DNA of 63,726 nt, the filler included, from Vannella sp. (lineage: Eukaryota), in the NCBI GenBank assembly GCA_023345925.1. It is 7 parts of 7 records of this genome, joined end to end, with 100 filler letters (N's around TTAATTAATTAA, not from the genome) between each part and the next. Parts side by side here need not be neighbours in the genome. Positions count along the whole stretch, not along the records: positions 55,229 to 60,170 come from JAJQQN010000861.1; positions 60,271 to 63,726 come from JAJQQN010001078.1; 5 more parts are not named here. One strand, given 5' to 3'. The notes beneath the pieces were generated by a model. It made no database searches. It was not told where the DNA came from and worked only from the letters and a program-made list of their open reading frames with translations. Made by a program: the position numbers and the translations under genes. Positions within the stretch are counted from its first letter, which is position 1. Each line of letters opens with the position of its first letter. Positions 57,820-63,726 of this stretch are shown here, piece after piece.

Positions 57820-59929
57820 TTACTTTGGCGGCCTTTTGAAGATACGAAGGATGAGGAACGCTAGAAGGCGGAAGAAGAGTGCCATGGCCACGAGAATGGC
57901 CAGATTGATGCGTTTGTCTTGGATCTGCAAGTTCAAGCTGGCGATGACGTAGTCCCCTGTACAGTGGGTGAGAAACGTTTGGGTAGTGAGGGATAGGTTT
58001 ACCGCTGAACTGGGCACAGATGGGGCTTCCTGGCGGGGCTGGACAAGGGTATTGGACATTGTCGAATTGATTGTCAATGAGGCCTGCAAAGGCGTATTGC
58101 AAGGGTGCGGTGAATGAAATCCAGTTCAAGTAGAATGGAAACGTTGCAGGGTTGACTAAGAAGCCACAAGAAAGAGACCAAAAGGTCATCACACTGTTCC
58201 CCAGCAAGGAGGCTGCCCCGTAGTCCCTCACAATTGCGCTACAAAGCGCACCGAAGCACTCCATCGTGTACTTATCTTCAATTAGATGTATCACTTGAAT
58301 CGTACAAGTACAAGCTCACCTGAACAGCTGTCATTATTGCATAGAACCAAAGGAAACTGGAGTATCCTTCTCGGAGGTCAACAATGTAGTAGAACGGCAG
58401 ACAGAAAAGCAATGGAGTGCCTAGTGCCCAAGGCAAAGAAGAGAGAGTTTGCGCCAAAAAATAAGGCCCAGCATCGACCATCTTATCAGAATACTCTCGG
58501 TCGAAGACTGGGAACTCTTTTGAATCTGACAGAGAGACTAACTTAGTTTCGGTTGAATGATATGCCTTCCACTTACACTGAATGACAATTGCCAAGAGTA
58601 TCAAGTATGGTTGTATAGAGACAGAGGAGTAAATAGCAGCGATTGCAGAAGTGATATCCACTAACGTGTTTGTCAACTGGAAGAAGATCAAAGCGACGAC
58701 AGCGCCCATCACAATTGGTTCAATCAATCTAGAAGCAATCAATGAGCGGTCCCGCAGAGAGTTTTTTGAGAGGCGCTGAAGGAGAAACCAAGTTTGCTTC
58801 AAAGAGGAGATGCGGTCCGACGACTCGAGACTGACAGGTTCGATGTTTCCCATCTCACTCGCCACTAGAACCTTTTCCCCGAAAGCTATCAGCTTTCCAG
58901 GGACGTTGGGAGGGAGAGCAGGTGGTTGGAAGCTATTTAACTCCGAACGGTCGCATTTCTCGAACTCACTAATGAGCTCATTAACCCGCTTCTGACTCTC
59001 TGCCTCCTCTTGAGGACTCCTTGTATCTACTGTTATCAAATCCACTACAACATAATGAGACCTTCTGCCTGCAGACTCCTTTAAAAGAGTCAGAACTTAC
59101 AAAAAAAGTCTGCAGGATTCATATCCTCTGGACAAGGATAATCAATTCGTTCAAAGTAGCTCAAAATAACGTTTCTGGACTCTCCAAAATACACTACTTG
59201 GCCCTTAGAGAGGAGCATGACGTAGTCGAATAGCTGAAAGATATCAGAACGGGGCTGATGAACGGTGCAAATCACTGTTCTGTTGGAGTTATGAGCAATA
59301 CTTGAAAGAGTAGTCATCAGCTTGTTAGCAGTAAAGCTATCAAGACCTGTTGTGGGCTCGTCCAGAAAGAGAATGGAGGGATCCGTTAACATTTGAACCC
59401 CAATACTGACTCGCCTTCTTTCTCCTCCACTGATGCTGGGGTGCTTTCCATCTCCTCCAACGCGCGTGTCTGCACAGTCACGTAGTCCTAATTCCATCAG
59501 AACCTTGTCCACAACTTCCAGTTTCCGAGATTTGGACATGTGGGAGGGAAGTTTCATCAGTCCCGCGTACATTAGCGTCTCCCTTGTCGTCAAGTTAGGC
59601 AAAAGATGGTCATGTTGAAGTACGTAGCCCATCAGCGACGGTCTCTCTGCCTTCAGATTGCCAGACGGCTTAGAAGCGCGATGAATAACCGAGACGCCAC
59701 TTATTGAAGCCCCTTCCCTCCCATCTTCGACTCTTCCAGCTAGAGTGTTTAGAAGTGTTGTTTTCCCACTTCCAGACGTCCCTAGAATAGCCATCAAGCA
59801 TCCAGGAGGGACAACCGCTGAGATATTTTGAAGAACTTGGAAGGGAGCAGCCCCTTTCGACAGTCCCAGCCTCTCCTTGAGCCGTTGAGCAAGAGAAACT
59901 GAGAGGAGAGAGACACCAAGCTGATCCAT
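57820..59929 (-). CDS. ABCG-family half transporter; spliced
   Basis: Walker A GTSGSGKTT, signature ISGGERRR, LFLDEPTTGLD, TVHQPRS, NPADF, followed by an ABC2 membrane domain. Confidence 0.95.
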
Positions 59930-60170
59930 TGCTATAAAGGTGGGCAGAGCATTCCTTCTCTGCCCGAGGAGATCTGCGGCACTCCTTTAGCTCCTCCTCC
60001 CCTCCCCTGTCTCACCTACCTCCCTCCTGACTTGGCAATGAGTTGTAAGACGCAAACAAGTTCTCCTTCACACCACTAACTCCCTCCTCTTCCTCCAAAT
60101 TCCCTTCCCCAAAGGAGATGCGGCGGGAAGTGTCCATCATGCGAGGAGGAACTCAAATAATGAGGAGCAA

Positions 60171-60270
60171 NNNNNNNNNNNNNNNNNNNNNNNNNNNNNN
60201 NNNNNNNNNNNNNNTTAATTAATTAANNNNNNNNNNNNNNNNNNNNNNNNNNNNNNNNNNNNNNNNNNNN
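60171..60270. other. Artificial contig linker
   Basis: N44-TTAATTAATTAA-N44. Confidence 0.98.
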
Positions 60271-60869
60271 TGTTACTGCTGTTCAAGCGGGTCCAATACC
60301 ATTTCTGAGGCTCTCAGTTTGGTGAGCATACGATCACACTTCAGCCAGTGATGAGGCTCCACGTTGGGATCGCTCTCTGACCCTGAAAGGTGGCGGCGTG
60401 TGAGTGTCAGCCACTTGAAGGAGCGGCAAACCCACTCCAGGTGTAGACTTGCATCTGGACTTGTCTGTGACCGTCACGAAAGAGCTTCCCTTGGACGGTC
60501 ACCAAGTCTCCAAAGGAAGGAAAGCTAGTCACCGTATCCTGGCGATAGAGGATGCAAGGGAGCCCTCCTGTTGGATCTTCCACTACTTTCTCATGAACAC
60601 AGTCTCGCACCACCCACGAGGCAAGACCCACCAGTAAAACGAACCTTCTCAGTGTAGTGTTTGCACTCCACGACCACTCCCACCACGTGAGCGCGATGAA
60701 CAGGTCTCCCATACAACTGAAAGCCTCCTGCCTCTCCATTCATCGCGTCTTGTAGTCCAGCAATGACGCAAACAGGCAAAGGAAGACGGACAAAGGCATC
60801 TGAAGCTCCCTTGGACATGAAAGAATGACTATTTCCAGGTATTTGCTTCCCTCTCCCTCCTCTCGCCAT
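60271..60869 (-). CDS. STN1: CST complex subunit STN1-like OB-fold protein; spliced, 3' truncated
   Basis: GRPVHRAHVVGVVV...EDPTG.LPCI...GDLVTVQGKL...DPNVEPHHW. Start at 60869 or 60818. Confidence 0.7.
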
Positions 60870-62316
60870 GCGGCTCCGTCTTGGTCCGTGCTTGCTCTTG
60901 CTTGTCTTGCTGACAAGCACGCTGGGCGAGAGGGAAACGTATAAGGCTGCTGTGGTGGAGTTCTCTCCGACTTATAACCTTGTTCCAGTGGACAAGGCCG
61001 CCGCAGTCGCCACTATGAACGCTAATCTTGATCAGTACGAGACGTACATCATTCAGGCCGCTTCCCAAGGTGCTCAGATCATTCTCTTTCCTGAGGATGG
61101 CCTCTATGGGTCTTACTTTGGCTCTCGAAAGATGATCCTGCCTTACCTTGAGCCTATTCCCGATGTCCCACAGAACGGTGGAGCCTCGCCAGCGGTTCCG
61201 TGTGACTTCACAGAGGAAGAGAGGCAAGATTCGCCTATTCTTTGTCGAGCTAGCTGCTTGGCTCGCCAGAACTCGATCACAGTGGTGCTGAACATGGGAG
61301 AGATCCGAGTCTGCGTTGGTCAAGACGGCTGTCCACTCGATGGGAGGTACCAGTACAACACTCTGGTCGCCTTTTCGAGTTCTGGAGCGCTTGTGGCAAA
61401 GTATCATAAGTCTCACCTCTACTTTGAGCCCCAATTCGATGCTCCTGCGACTCCGGAGTTGGTTTGGTTCGACAGTGACTTTGGTGTGCGGTTTGGGTTG
61501 ATCATTTGCTTCGATCTGATGTTCCAGGAGCCCCAACTCTCTCTTTACATGAACCACGGGGTCCGAGACTTTCTATGGAGTTCGTGGTGGGTGAACGAGC
61601 CTCCCTTGATCACAGGAACTCAAGTGGAGCTCTCTCGTTCGTTGGCCTTTCCCAGTAACTTCTTGGCTTCAGGAATTGGCCTGAATTGGTTCAACAGTGG
61701 ATCAGGAATCTACTCTTACGGGAAAGCCCTCCAATCCTACTACAACTCAGGGATGACCCCCCAAAACCACCTGTTGATAGCAGATGTCTTGCAAGTGATC
61801 CAAAAGGTCCCTTTGTCACGACGCCCCTCCGCCACCCTGGCCGAAAACGTCACCCAAGCGGAGGTGTCTCGATTCACCATTCTGCCGGGAGAGACATTCG
61901 AAGCTGTTGCCACCTCAGGGAACATCACTTGCACTGGGAGAGTGACAGTGGATCCCAACTCACCCAGTGGGGAAGTCTTTGCAGTCACCAGCCTCCACGG
62001 ATTCTACAATGGCCTCTTTCCTGCACAAATCTGCGCGCTCCTTCGCTGCGAAGACGTTCATTGCACCAAGTACTTGCTGACTACAACTACTCTCTTCACC
62101 TCTTTTGAGCTCCATGGAACTATGGAGAACGATGCTCTATTCACCAGCTACCCAATGGTCGCCCACACCAACGCCGCGATCGCTGACCCACACTTCTTCC
62201 AAACTGACCCGATTCTCTTCCCCACCTCCATTCGCTCCACCTCTGACACTCCTTTCACGCTGTTGAATGCAGCCATCTTCGGTTTAGAATGGCATCAGCG
62301 TTTTCCACCAACTTAA
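60868..62316 (+). CDS. Vanin/biotinidase-family carbon-nitrogen hydrolase, secreted
   Basis: Signal peptide, YKAAVVEF, catalytic triad FPEDG / YHKSHLY / ICFDL, YQYNT, and a Vanin_C-like QICALLRC. Confidence 0.92.
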   Translation: MRLRLGPCLLLLVLLTSTLGERETYKAAVVEFSPTYNLVPVDKAAAVATMNANLDQYETYIIQAASQGAQIILFPEDGLYGSYFGSRKMILPYLEPIPDVPQNGGASPAVPCDFTEEERQDSPILCRASCLARQNSITVVLNMGEIRVCVGQDGCPLDGRYQYNTLVAFSSSGALVAKYHKSHLYFEPQFDAPATPELVWFDSDFGVRFGLIICFDLMFQEPQLSLYMNHGVRDFLWSSWWVNEPPLITGTQVELSRSLAFPSNFLASGIGLNWFNSGSGIYSYGKALQSYYNSGMTPQNHLLIADVLQVIQKVPLSRRPSATLAENVTQAEVSRFTILPGETFEAVATSGNITCTGRVTVDPNSPSGEVFAVTSLHGFYNGLFPAQICALLRCEDVHCTKYLLTTTTLFTSFELHGTMENDALFTSYPMVAHTNAAIADPHFFQTDPILFPTSIRSTSDTPFTLLNAAIFGLEWHQRFPPT

Positions 62317-62354
62317 ACTTCTTTGCTTAAAATATTTTACTGCTCTCTTGGTGC

Positions 62355-63178
62355 TTAAGCCTTGACCTTCTTGCCAGCGGACTTACCCTCTCCGTGCAAT
62401 TCAAGAAGCTTTGCGGGGTCGTACTTGGGGGCCTTGAGGAGCTTTACCTTGCGGATGCCGATATCGCGCATGGGGTAAATACCCTGGACCTGGCGACTGA
62501 TTGAGTCACCGATGGTGTTGTGGACGAGCTTCTTGACCAGATCCTTGAGCTCTCCAGCCGCAGCCTCCTTGGCCATAACGGCAACCATTCGCTCACGGAT
62601 CATCTTCACCTTGGAAGCCTGAGCGTAAGAGCTCTTGCTAACTTGGTTGGGTCGGGGCTTGGTGAAGCCAATGCAGAAGAGGCGGACTTGGTAGCCGTCA
62701 GTAGTCTTGGCGTCGATGTTGGCCTCAACAAGAGTTTGCCACTTCTTAACCAAAGACTTAAGCTTGTCGGTGGTGTAAGCGAGACCGTAGAAGTTGGTGA
62801 GGCACTGCTTGCCCATCACCTCCTCGACCTTGAGTTTGACGTTTGCGTATCCGTACTTCTCGTTCTTCTGGAGATCAGCCAGGGAGATGGTGAGGACGCG
62901 GCCCTTCAGGTTGTCGGAGGCGATGACTAAGGGAGGTGAGTAAAGTACCTTGATCGATACAGATGAACTCACCATTTCCCTGAGTACGGTTAACGGGGGT
63001 GACGCCTGCATCGCTGCTGGGGAAGAATCTTGGAGCCTTGAGGTTGTACCAGTCCTTCTTCTCAAAAGGATCTTGTCTAAAGAGCTGAAAGTAAGGATCC
63101 CATCATATTCGCTCTGGCAGGTGCAACTTACACCTTCTTCTTTCCCTTTCCCTTCTTCTGGAACTTTGGTGGAGCCAT
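62355..63178 (-). CDS. RPS3A: 40S ribosomal protein S3a (eS1); two introns
   Basis: Spliced MAPPK...DPFEKKDWYNLKAP...LKGRV...TTDKLKSLVKKWQTLVEA...IRKVKLLKAPK. Confidence 0.98.
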
Positions 63179-63238
63179 GAGGTCGACGAGCGGCACAGGC
63201 CAAAAAAAAGGAGTCGTATCTCAGAGAAGGATCAGCCT

Positions 63239-63273
63239 ACGAAAATTTTGACGAAAATTTGACGGAAATTTTG
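63239..63273. repeat. Three tandem ACGAAAATTTTG-like units upstream of RPS3A
   Basis: acgaaaattttg acgaaaatttg acggaaattttg; same core as the ends of the inverted repeat at 1678/1799. Confidence 0.7.
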
Positions 63274-63358
63274 CCGGGAGCAAGATGAAGTAAAACGATG
63301 TATCATAGCAACAAAGTCTTTTAAATTTAGAGAACACTTTGATACGTCATTTACACTT

Positions 63359-63726
63359 CTAACCGCGTCGGGAGAACCAAGACTGCTCTTCTGTTGAACC
63401 AAGTTGCTCTTTGAGAGCTTGCATTCTCTCCTTGATTTCGGGTGGAACATGATATAGTTCTTCTAGTTTCTGTATAAGAAAAAGTGAGATTCCTTCTCGA
63501 GGTACGGCTTGGTGGACCCACTGCAACGTTCTGTTCCCACTGGCCATCAATTTCGTCTCTCAGAGCAGTCATCTCTTTGGAGAAGATAACCTGGTCTTCT
63601 TCTTTCATCTGGTCGACGTCCTTCATCGCCTTCTTGGCGAAGGCATTGCGCTCCTCCTCTTTGTCCAAGATCCCGTTCCTGAGGATGCCATTTGCCATGC
63701 CCACTGAGTATGTGTCAGAACCCCAC
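63359..63726 (-). CDS. 3' part of an unidentified helical protein; spliced, truncated by the window end
   Basis: Open frames 63351-63704 and 63359-63550 can probably be joined by a GT-AG intron; charged helical composition. Confidence 0.45.

Overview
This is eukaryotic nuclear DNA from a very gene-dense protist genome (roughly 50% GC by eye, GT-AG introns mostly 40-60 nt, intergenic gaps often under 100 nt, standard genetic code). Gene content (Frizzled/Smoothened-like receptor, SCAI, RNF213-like fragment, vanin) suggests an amoebozoan or similar lineage, which is an inference. The window is seven contigs joined by artificial 100-nt N/TTAATTAATTAA linkers, so adjacency across linkers is unsupported. 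Recognisable genes include DPH2, H2B, a LIN54/tesmin CRC protein, a PPR protein, AFG2, THOC6, CASP, DLAT, MEIOB, a divergent Rab, RED/IK, uS17m, SCAI, SDHA, an ankyrin-formin, RAD51, an ABCG half-transporter, STN1, vanin and RPS3A. Between them are patches of orphan repeat-protein genes and gene debris (RCC1, ankyrin, UGT, LamG, RNF213, DUF2009). The strongest leads are: (1) a shared C-terminal KSAR motif on unrelated RCC1 and ankyrin repeat proteins; (2) a dispersed palindromic MITE-like family found next to gene debris; (3) interleaved inverted repeats at 1.7-2.0 kb; (4) a spliced PH-HMA fusion missed by the ORF track; (5) an ankyrin-repeat formin; (6) a membrane-tethered retropepsin with a tandem-repeat glycosylated stalk. 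All calls come from reading motifs by eye; no searches were run.
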